DNA of 64,000 bases, taken from the IMG/VR virus record IMGVR_UViG_3300014350_000183. The stretch is one strand, 5' to 3'. The translations under genes were made by a program, and so were the position numbers. The notes beneath the pieces were generated by a model. The model was not told the DNA's origin. It worked only from the letters and a program-made list of their open reading frames with translations, and made no database searches. Positions 48,874-58,733 of this stretch are shown piece by piece (positions within the stretch are counted from its first letter, which is position 1; the number at the start of each line of letters is the position of its first letter). The stretch comes from an uncultured virus (IMG/VR IMGVR_UViG_3300014350_000183) (Duplodnaviria; Heunggongvirae; Uroviricota; Caudoviricetes).

Positions 48874-49314
48874 TTATTTTCTCCTGAGAATGAGATTGAA
48901 TCGAACAAATTTGAATGGTGCGGATGCCAGTTCTTCGGCGACTAATTCACCACTGGCGAAAGCGAAACGCAGAAATGCGGTAGACGCATCACTGCTCACG
49001 AAATTGCGTTCATTGAGTACCACCTTCAGCCGACTAATCGCCGTCTCGATGGTGGCATAGCCTTTGTGGGCATAGATGTAAAATTCCACACTGCCCCGTT
49101 CTGCGTTCAGGTCACGGATACCCTCATCATTCATCCCACGTCTGCGAATCACGCCAAACGGCTTAATGCTTACCCCATCCGCTTGTTTTGGCGCAGATGA
49201 GAGGGTCATTCCTTCACGGGGGAGCGACTCGCCGTCAAACCAACCCCCCGTCAGGATGGCGGATAAGGCGGTGTCGCTTATGAGTGTGCTTATGAGGTCA
49301 GATTGAAATGTCAT
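48874..49314 (-). CDS. Tail terminator / completion protein
   Basis: LISDTALSAIL N-terminus; synteny. Confidence 0.65.
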   Translation of the reverse strand: MTFQSDLISTLISDTALSAILTGGWFDGESLPREGMTLSSAPKQADGVSIKPFGVIRRRGMNDEGIRDLNAERGSVEFYIYAHKGYATIETAISRLKVVLNERNFVSSDASTAFLRFAFASGELVAEELASAPFKFVRFNLILRRK

Positions 49315-49712
49315 ACTCTGAACACCTCACGGAGCATCCGTTGAATATCTGGCGCATGTTGTTGCAGGGTCGGGTAGATGATGGCGAATCTGCCCGCAAA
49401 TCCCGTTTCCAAATTAACCCCATATTCCACCCCATGCGAGAGGAATAATTCCACCACCTCTTTAGCAAGTTGTTGGCTACTCGGATACCCTGCTGGTGCA
49501 TCTGTCCCGATGTATGCCCGTAGCGACTGTCTCGCATTAGCGGTTCTGTCTGTCCACGGTGCATTTTCTTTGGCGGATGATTCCAGAATCGGCGCAAAAT
49601 ATTCTGCTATTTTGGTGAGGGCTTCCTGCACCTTCCCGACATAGGCGAGTAACTTAGCATCCATTTGAGGGAGTCCACTCCATTCGATTTTATTGCCAGT
49701 CGGACGACTCAT
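49311..49712 (-). CDS. HK97 gp10-like neck protein
   Basis: AKENAPWTDRTANARQSL...HGVEYGVNLE. Confidence 0.8.
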   Translation of the reverse strand: MSRPTGNKIEWSGLPQMDAKLLAYVGKVQEALTKIAEYFAPILESSAKENAPWTDRTANARQSLRAYIGTDAPAGYPSSQQLAKEVVELFLSHGVEYGVNLETGFAGRFAIIYPTLQQHAPDIQRMLREVFRV

Positions 49713-50077
49713 TTCCCCGCCTCCGCGTTAGCTTGAATTTCACCAGTAGTTGACATGACGAACACCACTTTGAATATCTGCCCGTCATACGCGAATAAAT
49801 CCCCATACTGAAGATTGGTATCTGTGATACTTGGGTGATTCTTCACCCCAAACACGACCACATCGCGCACCGCGCTCATGCCATTTGCCTCACCTGTCAC
49901 CACCCGTTCCGATTCGCTGTATTCGATGCGAACCGTCTGTGCGGGGAGTGCCGTCCCGTTCCGATTCACGGTGATAGACGTGGGTTTATCACTTATCCGT
50001 TTCCACGCATCCACCGCCCGTTGGGTCGTATTTGGCGCAGTATTTCCACTTGCTAACCATGCGTTGATGTCAACCAT
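49709..50077 (-). CDS. Head-tail adaptor / closure protein
   Basis: Synteny; LQYGDLFAYDGQIFKV. Confidence 0.65.
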   Translation of the reverse strand: MVDINAWLASGNTAPNTTQRAVDAWKRISDKPTSITVNRNGTALPAQTVRIEYSESERVVTGEANGMSAVRDVVVFGVKNHPSITDTNLQYGDLFAYDGQIFKVVFVMSTTGEIQANAEAGK

Positions 50078-50453
50078 TTGGCACATCTCGCTTTCGTGGG
50101 GGATGATTGCGAATCCCACCCCATTGCACAGGCGGACGGGTGGCTTGGGTCAATAGCGTGGTGAGTTCCTTCTCGAATTTCGCCTCCAAAACACGCATAT
50201 TGGCGAGCAGTTGCGACCCCTTCTCTTCAGACTGGTTTTGCTTATAGTCAACCCTTTTGCTGGCTTGTACCATCATCTCACGCCACGCTTGCAACCGAAC
50301 AACGGCGAATAGTATCCCCCTGTTATCCACATGCGCGGGATACAATGCTTCCGCTTCCGCCCACATCGCGTTAATATCTGCATCTGGGAGCGCGGTGGCA
50401 TCTGTCGCTAGTTGCCTACGCAGGCTGGCGATTTCGGTTGGGGTTGCACCCAT
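50070..50453 (-). CDS. Head-tail connector protein
   Basis: Synteny; GGAGGTG SD; helical. Confidence 0.6.
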   Translation of the reverse strand: MGATPTEIASLRRQLATDATALPDADINAMWAEAEALYPAHVDNRGILFAVVRLQAWREMMVQASKRVDYKQNQSEEKGSQLLANMRVLEAKFEKELTTLLTQATRPPVQWGGIRNHPPRKRDVPNG

Positions 50454-51459
50454 AACGCACCTCCAATACAGCTTTCCAAATGGCGAAAACACGGTCAGCA
50501 AATACATCCCATGTTTGTGACCACAGATAACTGGCACTGCTCACGCGGAACGATTCATACTGCGGATACTGATTCACGACATGGGTCATGAGGTTAGCAA
50601 GCGCATCCACATCAGGTCGCGCCCATTCGCCCAATTTCCCATACCACTTTTCTTCACCGAGCCATGCCGTTTCCATCGTGGCAGGAATCGGGATACCCCA
50701 ATGAGGCAACCCCTCTGCTGTCCCACCCCAATCTGTGGCAAGGGCTAATCCGCCTGTGGCGACAAACTCACGCGGAGGCATTCCATGTCCTTCAGCGTGT
50801 GTCGGAAATGCCATCACATGCGCTTTTGTGTATAACTCCGCCAGTTCCGCATTGGTCATATCACCTGTGATGACTTGGATATTCGGGTTTGTGATACCAA
50901 ACGGCAACGGATTTCGTGCCTTGATGATGAGACGATAATTCATATCATCCCCAAACGCCCGTACAAATGCGGTGCAGGCTTCCATCCATCCCTTGCGCCG
51001 TCCTCTATCCCCAATCGTGAGGAAGCTGAACGGTTCATCTGCTTTTTTGACTCGTGGGGTATAGCGCATAAATTCCGCACTTATCCCCAACGGCACAACA
51101 TGAATCGGGGCAGTTACCCCCGCCTTCTTGAAAATATCCACGAGGAAGGTCGCAGGCACAATCACCGCATCACACTGGTTCAACGCTTCCGCCCACCCTT
51201 CTGGTAAGACGGTACTCTCAAACATGGTGATAGCGATTTTCGGTCCCGTGTTGACCATCCCCCCAAATTGTTGGTGCAGTGTCGGGTATCCCAACAACAT
51301 GCCCCCCATCGCGGGATGAATCACCCCGTTGCCAGACCCGTCCAACGCGAAACGGTTCACATACACCTGTGACGACACATGAGTCGCTAATTCAGATGCG
51401 AGCCGTCCGTAACTGTCGGCAGGGTCAAATGATGGGGAGCAAATGTTGATGATTGTCAT
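50416..51459 (-). CDS. Glycosyltransferase family 4 (GT-B fold)
   Basis: TMFESTVLP...CDAVIVP, RRKGW, PTHAEGHGMPPREFVATG (ExFG...E-like motif). Confidence 0.9.
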   Translation of the reverse strand: MTIINICSPSFDPADSYGRLASELATHVSSQVYVNRFALDGSGNGVIHPAMGGMLLGYPTLHQQFGGMVNTGPKIAITMFESTVLPEGWAEALNQCDAVIVPATFLVDIFKKAGVTAPIHVVPLGISAEFMRYTPRVKKADEPFSFLTIGDRGRRKGWMEACTAFVRAFGDDMNYRLIIKARNPLPFGITNPNIQVITGDMTNAELAELYTKAHVMAFPTHAEGHGMPPREFVATGGLALATDWGGTAEGLPHWGIPIPATMETAWLGEEKWYGKLGEWARPDVDALANLMTHVVNQYPQYESFRVSSASYLWSQTWDVFADRVFAIWKAVLEVRYGCNPNRNRQPA

Positions 51460-51471
51460 AACGACTTATCC

Positions 51472-52545
51472 TTATGCTTGCCCACTGGTGGCAGTTGGCA
51501 GAGTGATTTTTTGAACTGCACGGGTGGGGTCCGCAAACATACCAAAGTGGGTGTCGTAGATATTTTGCGCCATGATAAAGCGCGACACATCGGGATTGCC
51601 CATCGTCATCCGCAACGGGATTTTGATATAACTTTGGAAGTCGGTCATCTTGTTGCTGATGTCAATCAGGTAAGCTGTCCCGCTTGCCACACCATCATAT
51701 TCGACTTCGATTTTCCCGCGTGTGCCTGTCCACCCATCATAGGCGATGACAGTACGAAGCTGTCCGATGGCGGATGATTGAATATCAAACCCTTCTTGCG
51801 GGACAACACGCAAGGCACGTTCAAATGTGAACAAATCATTGGTGCTACAAAGCAACACAAACGGTCCGCGACGTGGGTTTTTCTTGTCTGCTGTACCATC
51901 AATGATGGCTTGCTCAATTGCCCGCAAGTATTTTTCGGGCATACTGGCAATTTGGCGGAAATTGGTCAATGCGGTGCCATTGGTCACATTAGCCGTCGGA
52001 TAAGTGTGATTGATGATGGGATATAAATGGATGTGGTTGTGAAGCGCATTGTGCGCGACACCAAATTGCCGTTCAATCGGCGCAAATTGCCACATCTGGT
52101 TATACAAAAACAATCGCTCTGAGTATTCAATACCCGCCGCAAATTGTTCAATCCGCACCACTTTTTTACCACCACTGACGGTAGCAAATTTCACTTCGCC
52201 ACCTTCTTCAATCTTTTCAAACACCACGCCTGTTTGCCCTAACGTGAAAACGTCAATAAGTTCAGGCAAGGTGGGGTCTGTGATGGAGTTATAGATTGGC
52301 AGGTACAGAAGCGGTTCTTGGTCGCGCCCCGCGTCAATTTCATAGCGTTGGCGTTGATAGAATTGTTTGGCAAAGCTATCGTTGCCGATAAATTCCGCCA
52401 CAATCCCACTACCCCCACCAAGAGGGCGCACATGGTCGCGCAAGTTAAACTCGCGCACTTTCCCCGTTGCATCCCGCATTTCATTGATAGATGCGATAGG
52501 ACGGGTTTTTTCCAGCAATGCTTTGCTGATAACTTGAATAGCCAT
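51472..52545 (-). CDS. Major capsid protein (HK97 fold)
   Basis: Size and synteny; FEKIEEGGEVKFATV. Confidence 0.8.
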   Translation of the reverse strand: MAIQVISKALLEKTRPIASINEMRDATGKVREFNLRDHVRPLGGGSGIVAEFIGNDSFAKQFYQRQRYEIDAGRDQEPLLYLPIYNSITDPTLPELIDVFTLGQTGVVFEKIEEGGEVKFATVSGGKKVVRIEQFAAGIEYSERLFLYNQMWQFAPIERQFGVAHNALHNHIHLYPIINHTYPTANVTNGTALTNFRQIASMPEKYLRAIEQAIIDGTADKKNPRRGPFVLLCSTNDLFTFERALRVVPQEGFDIQSSAIGQLRTVIAYDGWTGTRGKIEVEYDGVASGTAYLIDISNKMTDFQSYIKIPLRMTMGNPDVSRFIMAQNIYDTHFGMFADPTRAVQKITLPTATSGQA

Positions 52546-52571
52546 AGGTTATCTCCTGTGATAAGTTCCGC

Positions 52572-52949
52572 TTATACCCCCGCCAACAAGATGCCCGTTA
52601 CAACGTTGTTTGCATCTTTGTCGCTGGTGGCTTTGAATAGGTTGATATTGGTGGCAGACAGCGCGTTTTTGTTATACGCCCCATCTGGTGGAATGTGGGT
52701 GCTGGTGATGGCGGTGGTATCCAAGCGCACAATATCGCCCTTGCTGACGGATAACCCGCTTGGCACGGTGAATTGATATTCTTGGCGGTCAACGGTGAGC
52801 GCCACACTATCACCACTATCACCGCTTCGGGCGCTGATGCCCAGAAAACCGTCCGCGTAAATAACGGCGTTGGCTTCGATGGCATACAGCAACGATACGG
52901 TGACTGAGCGCCCATCCGACTCTTTGTGGGTATCTAACCCTGTAGACAT
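52572..52949 (-). CDS. Capsid cement/decoration protein (DUF2190-like)
   Basis: ESDGRSVTV, GFLGI...SGDSVAL, VSKGDIV; lies between scaffold and capsid genes. Confidence 0.7.
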   Translation of the reverse strand: MSTGLDTHKESDGRSVTVSLLYAIEANAVIYADGFLGISARSGDSGDSVALTVDRQEYQFTVPSGLSVSKGDIVRLDTTAITSTHIPPDGAYNKNALSATNINLFKATSDKDANNVVTGILLAGV

Positions 52950-52994
52950 ATTTCATACTCCTCTGCTCGCCTATTTGCGATGCGAATTGGGAAA

Positions 52995-54131
52995 CTATTT
53001 ATCTTCTGGGAATGCAAAGTATGGGAATTCATTATCCCCATTTGGCACGACTGGACGTTGTTGGGGCGGTCCCATTTCAGCGAGAGTGGTGGCTTTCAAC
53101 ATCGCTTTCACCGATTCTTTAGCCAGCACTTTTTGAACAGCGACCACCATATCCGATTTGGACGCTGGTTTTTCAGCTTTGACCATTTCGAGGATGATTG
53201 GGCGCAATTGTTCAGCGACCACTTTTTCAGCAATCGCCAATTGCATTGCCGATTCCAACAAGGTGAGGTTTTCACGCTTCAAAGCGTCCAATTCCAACAA
53301 ACGGGCTTGCACCGCCAATTGGACATCGCCATCTTCTGGTTTGCCCACCATATCAAAAATCGCGTTATACGCATTGAGTTTGGGGGTGTTTTGAGTCGCT
53401 TCGATGGTCAATTCGCGCACGCGGTTTTCCAATTGGGCGACTTGTTCTTGCAAACTTTTTTCTAGTTCGCTGAGTACCCCTTGTGTTGCTTCTTGGGGTT
53501 TGGTTTGGGTTTTCGGGTCCATAGATTTCTCCTCTGTGGATTCACTAACTGTATCGGGCTGAACTGTCTCTTGGGTGATGAGTGGAATACGTGCCGCCAT
53601 TGGCATCCCCACTCGTTTAGGGTGGGCGAGGTCAATATTTTCGAGTTCAAGAGTTTCCCCTACGATATTGCCATCGCCGTCAATTTCAGCAGTACCATAA
53701 ATGCTCGTGCCAATCTCGGCATTCGCGCCTTTACTCGCACGTATGTAGTCGCGCACATCACGGGCGGTAGGCAACACATACGCTTTGCCCCATGCCGTGC
53801 GTGTGTCCGCAACATAGGTCGCGCCGACCCACCGAAGCGGAGGAATGTCAAATTTGTAGGGACGATCCCATTGAGGCAAGTGACCTAAATTCCCAACGAT
53901 ATTGCGTGTATTGACCGCGTTTACAATCCGAATCACATCTTTTTCGGCATAGTTCACTTGATTGCGCGAGGTTGCTACAAATGCAATCGGCAATGTGATG
54001 AACATCGGGTTATCATCGCCTTCTGTCAGCTCTGCCAAAACAACACCTTCAGCAAGCGGGACATCGGGGTAATCACCCTTTAATGCGTGTTGCGCTTCGG
54101 ATAGAACACCTTGAATTTTACGAACACTCAT
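52995..54131 (-). CDS. Prohead protease / scaffold fusion
   Basis: SRNQVNY, GNLGH, GTSIYG, IDLA in the N-terminal half; coiled-coil C-terminal half. Confidence 0.7.
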   Translation of the reverse strand: MSVRKIQGVLSEAQHALKGDYPDVPLAEGVVLAELTEGDDNPMFITLPIAFVATSRNQVNYAEKDVIRIVNAVNTRNIVGNLGHLPQWDRPYKFDIPPLRWVGATYVADTRTAWGKAYVLPTARDVRDYIRASKGANAEIGTSIYGTAEIDGDGNIVGETLELENIDLAHPKRVGMPMAARIPLITQETVQPDTVSESTEEKSMDPKTQTKPQEATQGVLSELEKSLQEQVAQLENRVRELTIEATQNTPKLNAYNAIFDMVGKPEDGDVQLAVQARLLELDALKRENLTLLESAMQLAIAEKVVAEQLRPIILEMVKAEKPASKSDMVVAVQKVLAKESVKAMLKATTLAEMGPPQQRPVVPNGDNEFPYFAFPEDK

Positions 54132-54146
54132 GTACCATCTCCCAAA

Positions 54147-54173
54147 AGAACAAATGTACTAATTACAATTATA
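54147..54173 (-). promoter_or_regulatory. Capsid-operon promoter with a LexA-type box
   Basis: TATAAT (54173-54168); AGAAC-AAAT-GTACT (54147-54160) lies between the -10 and the SD. Confidence 0.7.
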
Positions 54174-54247
54174 TAGGATTTATTTATCAGATTACAATAA
54201 ATATAATGTTACAAAATATAGACAATTACGTGTTACATTACTGTAGG

Positions 54248-54574
54248 TTATGGGAGTTGCTTTAGCAGGTCGTGGAACTCAGCTCGTATCTCTGGATGTG
54301 TGTCATCTGTACATCCCAATTCAATCGCTTTCCGCGCATCCTCATACCGCCCACATCGCCAAGCGAGAGTCGCCGCACTCCGATATAGTACAGACCGTGA
54401 CGGCTCGGTAACAGATAACCCCGCCGATTCCAGCTCTAATTCGTATGCACGGCTATTGAGTTCGATTGCCAAATCAGGGTATCCCATGCGCCTCATCTTA
54501 TCGGCTTCGTCCACCAAGCGCATTGCTTTATGATGCAATGCGTGCATTTTCGATTCAGGTTTAACTTGCTCCAT
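54248..54574 (-). CDS. Small helical TPR-like protein
   Basis: LHHKAM...EPSRSVLYRSAATLA...PEIRAE. Confidence 0.65.
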   Translation of the reverse strand: MEQVKPESKMHALHHKAMRLVDEADKMRRMGYPDLAIELNSRAYELELESAGLSVTEPSRSVLYRSAATLAWRCGRYEDARKAIELGCTDDTHPEIRAEFHDLLKQLP

Positions 54575-55745
54575 CTGCTAACACTCCTAGTAATAATCGG
54601 ATAAATTCTGTGACCATCAGAGGGGTCATGATGGGGTCGAGATATTCCTTGCGTGCATCATCCATCATCGTGCGTAGCTCGTTGGTGACGGTTTCTTGGC
54701 TATCCCGCATCACATGGCGGATGTTGCACTTATCATGCGGGTGATACGGTGGAATCATCCCCGTTTCGTAGGCATAAGGCGGTTTCACCCTATTCCCCCC
54801 CATATCAATCGTGGCGTGTTGCGGGCAGATTTTACACTGTGGGTCGCCATTGTAACTCCGCGCCACATCAAACCCACTGGTATACGGGTTCAAATACCCC
54901 GATATGAACGATGCCTGATTCACCGCCCGCGTGATTTCCGTCCGTGCGAGTCGCATGGCATCATAACTGGCATCCCGTCCGTATGGCTTATCCGTCCTCA
55001 GTGGCGCTCTGCTCGGTAGAAGGAATTGCTCAAGCCTGTTAGCCAGATTTTCCGCACTATTCCCCGTCCGTATCGCATCGGCAATCAGCGCATCCACTTT
55101 CATGCGCGTTCTCAGACTCGCTTCCCATATACGGTCACTCAGGCGATACCCACGCTCATCCTGCCAACGGTGCATCGGGACCCAGCGCCGTGTCGGGTCA
55201 AGTTCCGCCATCGGATTAGGTCGGAATATCCGCAGTTTGCCGATAATATCAGGGTCAAGCGGTGGCACATCTTCTACTTCAGACAGCAGATTCCCACTAT
55301 CCAGCAACCGCTTATTCATGCCGATACGCACACGCCGTTCATCCGCTTGGGTGAGTTCCGTGATTTTTAACGGTCTCGGATTACGAGTGAGCCATTCGCG
55401 CACATCTTGGGGGATATGTTTCACCATCCAGCGATGATGCACCATCACCGATTCTTTGACAGCGAACACATACGCATCGTTCAGCACTTTGGCATATCGG
55501 GACAACGGTTTCACGCCATCATACGATTTTCGTCCATCGAAGGACACAAACATGCCCTGCACCATATCCCCGACCTGTGCTTGAATGTTTTCCGCTTCAC
55601 GCTCGGAGATACGACCATCTAACCCCGCCATGCGGATAATCACCCCTCTGGCGCGGTCTGCAACATCGCGGAAGGCAGATTCTACCTCACGCTTCACCAA
55701 TGCCAATGCGCGTGTTTGGATGTGCTTGGTGGAGATGGTTTTCAT
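54561..55745 (-). CDS. MuF/gp7-like minor head protein
   Basis: LSDRIW, AMRLARTEITRA, CKIC, PPYHPHDKC. Confidence 0.85.
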   Translation of the reverse strand: MKTISTKHIQTRALALVKREVESAFRDVADRARGVIIRMAGLDGRISEREAENIQAQVGDMVQGMFVSFDGRKSYDGVKPLSRYAKVLNDAYVFAVKESVMVHHRWMVKHIPQDVREWLTRNPRPLKITELTQADERRVRIGMNKRLLDSGNLLSEVEDVPPLDPDIIGKLRIFRPNPMAELDPTRRWVPMHRWQDERGYRLSDRIWEASLRTRMKVDALIADAIRTGNSAENLANRLEQFLLPSRAPLRTDKPYGRDASYDAMRLARTEITRAVNQASFISGYLNPYTSGFDVARSYNGDPQCKICPQHATIDMGGNRVKPPYAYETGMIPPYHPHDKCNIRHVMRDSQETVTNELRTMMDDARKEYLDPIMTPLMVTEFIRLLLGVLADGAS

Positions 55746-55746
55746 C

Positions 55747-56547
55747 TCACATCCTCACAATCTCAAAATCGGTGCGGTTCTTACCCTCATACGGTGCATC
55801 CACACCTTCAAACGGGATACATAACCCATAGCGCGACTCATCAAACGGCAGGTGATAAATCTCTTCTTCAGGCAACCCGCCCCATTTCCGCAGGTAATAT
55901 TCCCGATTCGCTACGAATGTGCGGTGATGTTGTTCCATTAATTCTGGATTTGTCCAGATGGTTTTGCTTCCCTGATGGATGATGTTGGTATCAGGTAGGA
56001 CGATTTTCCAGCTATCCCAACTGCCCGTCATGAGCATGGCACGCCGATACCAATCTCTGTCCTCAAAATAAATCGGGAAGAAGTTCTGGTCGAAATAGCC
56101 CACCTCTTGTATCGCTCGACGGCTAATCACCGCCATGCTGAACAGCATATCCCCGTCTGTGTTGGTACGGATTTCGCGCCCCCATCCACTGACCATATAA
56201 GCGGATGGATTTTCCACCGCCTTGCACGCCAGGGCAACCACTTCATCATAGGTGCATAGCGCATCATCGCTGGCGATGAATGTCGCATCTGCCCCATATT
56301 TGCTGTATGCCAGATGAAAGCCTTCATTCCATGACTTGGCGAGTCCACGATTCACCCGATAATCATACAAATGGACATTCTTCATTTCGTCCAATTCATC
56401 ACACACCTTCACCACATCGGGGTAATCGCTGTGCAGGAATAAATGCCATGTGATACCCACCCCATCGGCATTATCCACCAGCCGATACAAGTCATCCGCC
56501 AATCCATAGGCGGTGATAATAATGTGCATGTTAGGCAGATTCATCAC
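55747..56547 (-). CDS. Glycosyltransferase family 2 (GT-A fold)
   Basis: NRGLAKSWNEG, ASDD (DxD-like), GYFDQNFFPIYFEDRDW, YLRKWG. Confidence 0.9.
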   Translation of the reverse strand: MMNLPNMHIIITAYGLADDLYRLVDNADGVGITWHLFLHSDYPDVVKVCDELDEMKNVHLYDYRVNRGLAKSWNEGFHLAYSKYGADATFIASDDALCTYDEVVALACKAVENPSAYMVSGWGREIRTNTDGDMLFSMAVISRRAIQEVGYFDQNFFPIYFEDRDWYRRAMLMTGSWDSWKIVLPDTNIIHQGSKTIWTNPELMEQHHRTFVANREYYLRKWGGLPEEEIYHLPFDESRYGLCIPFEGVDAPYEGKNRTDFEIVRM

Positions 56548-57058
56548 TCACCCCCTCTTCGATTCGCCAATCCCACAAATACGGCTTAATGGCGGTTTTC
56601 CATTGGCGTTTCATGCGGTTGCCGAAGCCACGATGTTGCGCTTTTTCGCCAATGGAGAAATGATATGTATACCCGTCATCCTCAAACATCGGCGGAGTTG
56701 CCCAGATACACATATCCAGATAGACAAACCGTTTGCCAGCTTCAACCTCTTTGGTCAGCCATTGCATCCGTTCAAATGTGGGGTTACTCGCCCCATACGC
56801 ATCTTTCAGATTCCCAATCCCCCATGCTTCAATCGGCTTTAATTGCTCCATATACGCCAGCCAATCCATTGGGTTGGTGAATAACACCACATCCGCCTTA
56901 TCCTGCCGATGCAATTTCACATACCAATAGGGGATAAACAAAATGGATGTCTTGCCAGCCACAACCATCACATCAGTCATACAAGTAACGGTATTGCCCA
57001 TGTGGTCGCAATGCTCGGCAATCTCCACGCGCTTATTGGTTTTCGGGTTGTTCATCAT
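56531..57058 (-). CDS. Hypothetical protein
   Basis: GAGGAG SD; overlaps both neighbours. Confidence 0.6.
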   Translation of the reverse strand: MMNNPKTNKRVEIAEHCDHMGNTVTCMTDVMVVAGKTSILFIPYWYVKLHRQDKADVVLFTNPMDWLAYMEQLKPIEAWGIGNLKDAYGASNPTFERMQWLTKEVEAGKRFVYLDMCIWATPPMFEDDGYTYHFSIGEKAQHRGFGNRMKRQWKTAIKPYLWDWRIEEGVSDESA

Positions 57059-58682
57059 CCATCTCCTCATCTTCGTCTGGATTATCCTCATCACTGCTCA
57101 TATCTTCATCGCGTCTCTGCCCAGAGAGCAATGCCTCTTGCCTACGGTCATATTCCTCTGCTTTTTCGGCTTGTTCCGCTTTTGCCTTCGCAATCACATC
57201 GGCAGGATTCTCAATGTCGAGTGGCAACAATCGCAACGCCGTCTCATCATCTAGTAACCCTCTATCTACCGCGAATTGCACCGCTTGGAGCGTCAACGAC
57301 CCATCGGCATTGGTGAGTGGCATCCAGCCAATGTTCACCGATTCATCCTGTCCGATTCCCGTCTCATACGTGCGGATAATCGAAACTACCACATCCAGCA
57401 CCGCATTGAGCCAGCGTGTGACCTGCCCTTGTTTCTTCTCAATGAAGCGCACAAATGGGGGCATCTGGCTCTCCGCGCTCGCTTTGGAACTCGCAATCGC
57501 ATTCCCCCACACAAATTCGGGGATTTCACTGTGCTGGAGTATCAGGTAAAACAGCAATTCCAGCAGGTTTTGGGTGTCGGTGGTGAAACTACCCGGTGCT
57601 TTCCAATCAAATTTGGCATTCCCACCCAACGTCAGCACCTTATCGGCATCAAAATCTAAGACAGGCACAAGTTCTTCATTCCCATCAGCATCTACATGCC
57701 GTTCCTTCTTCCCGAACAATTCCCAGAAATTTTTAATCTGGTCAACATCCCCCATCTCAGAAATGACGGGTGTTGGTCGTCCCTGACGTTTGTTACCCGC
57801 GATGGCATACTCAAACACATCATCATAGCGATACATGGCGTGTAATAACCCCTCTGCCACAGGATGACCATACCGCTCATCCGCACCTGCATCGTGGGCG
57901 ATGTGGATAATCGGGATTTTCCCCGTCAAATTGCGGAAGCGTTGCGTTTTTAGCGTGTTGGTTTGCGTCTTATACACCCCGTCTTGAATCACATCGGCAT
58001 CTATCGAAACCGTCCGTACACGCTCGGTAGCGGTGTAATCATTGGTGATGGTCATCCGCGAAAAGGTGTACGGGTTCTGATGCACCTCAGTGACACGATA
58101 CCCCACCACAACCGAATAATCATCTTTCGCCAGAATCGGCATGACCACCTGTGGCGGTAGGATGGTCAGCGACAAATCGGCATTGACCAGCAGGTAACAA
58201 TCACCAATCGCACAGGCTTCTTCATACGCTTCAATCAGTTTGGCATGATGTTCACTCACCCAATCCGACACCAATTCTTGTGCGGTTTCAGATTCACTAC
58301 GGATTTTCGGTATCTGCCCAAGTGTCCATGACGCGATTTTACTCGCCAGTGGCTTGATGAATAACCCCCCCAACCCAAGCCCTTGCGCCCTACCCCGTCG
58401 CGCCTTATCCCAGAAGGCATAATCCGTCTGACCAATATCCACTGTCGGCTGAAAGTGGGGCATATTCCAACGGAGCATGAGCCGATTTGGACGCGGGTTA
58501 TCCTGTGATTCACTCACCATCCCACGCTTGCCCACATCGGTGAGCATATACCCCTCAGTTGTTGATTGTATCATCCCGCGCCGTTCTAATCCCGCAATCG
58601 TGGATTTTTTCGCCTTCCCAAATGACCCGCTTTGGTGGAATTGTTTCAGCGCCTCCTGCATCGTGTCTGATAATGTCGTCAT
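57033..58682 (-). CDS. Portal protein with an N-terminal wHTH-like extension
   Basis: Follows terL; GDCYL, IPIIHI...YGHP, SEIPEFVWG; acidic tail. Confidence 0.85.
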   Translation of the reverse strand: MTTLSDTMQEALKQFHQSGSFGKAKKSTIAGLERRGMIQSTTEGYMLTDVGKRGMVSESQDNPRPNRLMLRWNMPHFQPTVDIGQTDYAFWDKARRGRAQGLGLGGLFIKPLASKIASWTLGQIPKIRSESETAQELVSDWVSEHHAKLIEAYEEACAIGDCYLLVNADLSLTILPPQVVMPILAKDDYSVVVGYRVTEVHQNPYTFSRMTITNDYTATERVRTVSIDADVIQDGVYKTQTNTLKTQRFRNLTGKIPIIHIAHDAGADERYGHPVAEGLLHAMYRYDDVFEYAIAGNKRQGRPTPVISEMGDVDQIKNFWELFGKKERHVDADGNEELVPVLDFDADKVLTLGGNAKFDWKAPGSFTTDTQNLLELLFYLILQHSEIPEFVWGNAIASSKASAESQMPPFVRFIEKKQGQVTRWLNAVLDVVVSIIRTYETGIGQDESVNIGWMPLTNADGSLTLQAVQFAVDRGLLDDETALRLLPLDIENPADVIAKAKAEQAEKAEEYDRRQEALLSGQRRDEDMSSDEDNPDEDEEMDDEQPENQ

Positions 58683-58698
58683 GGTATCCTCGTGTATA

Positions 58699-58733
58699 AG
58701 AACATTTGTACTAATTGTAACATATCTTGTCAA
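58699..58733 (-). promoter_or_regulatory. Portal-operon promoter with a LexA-type box
   Basis: TGtTACAAT (58722-58714) and TTGACA (58733-58728); AGAAC-ATTT-GTACT (58699-58712). Confidence 0.75.
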
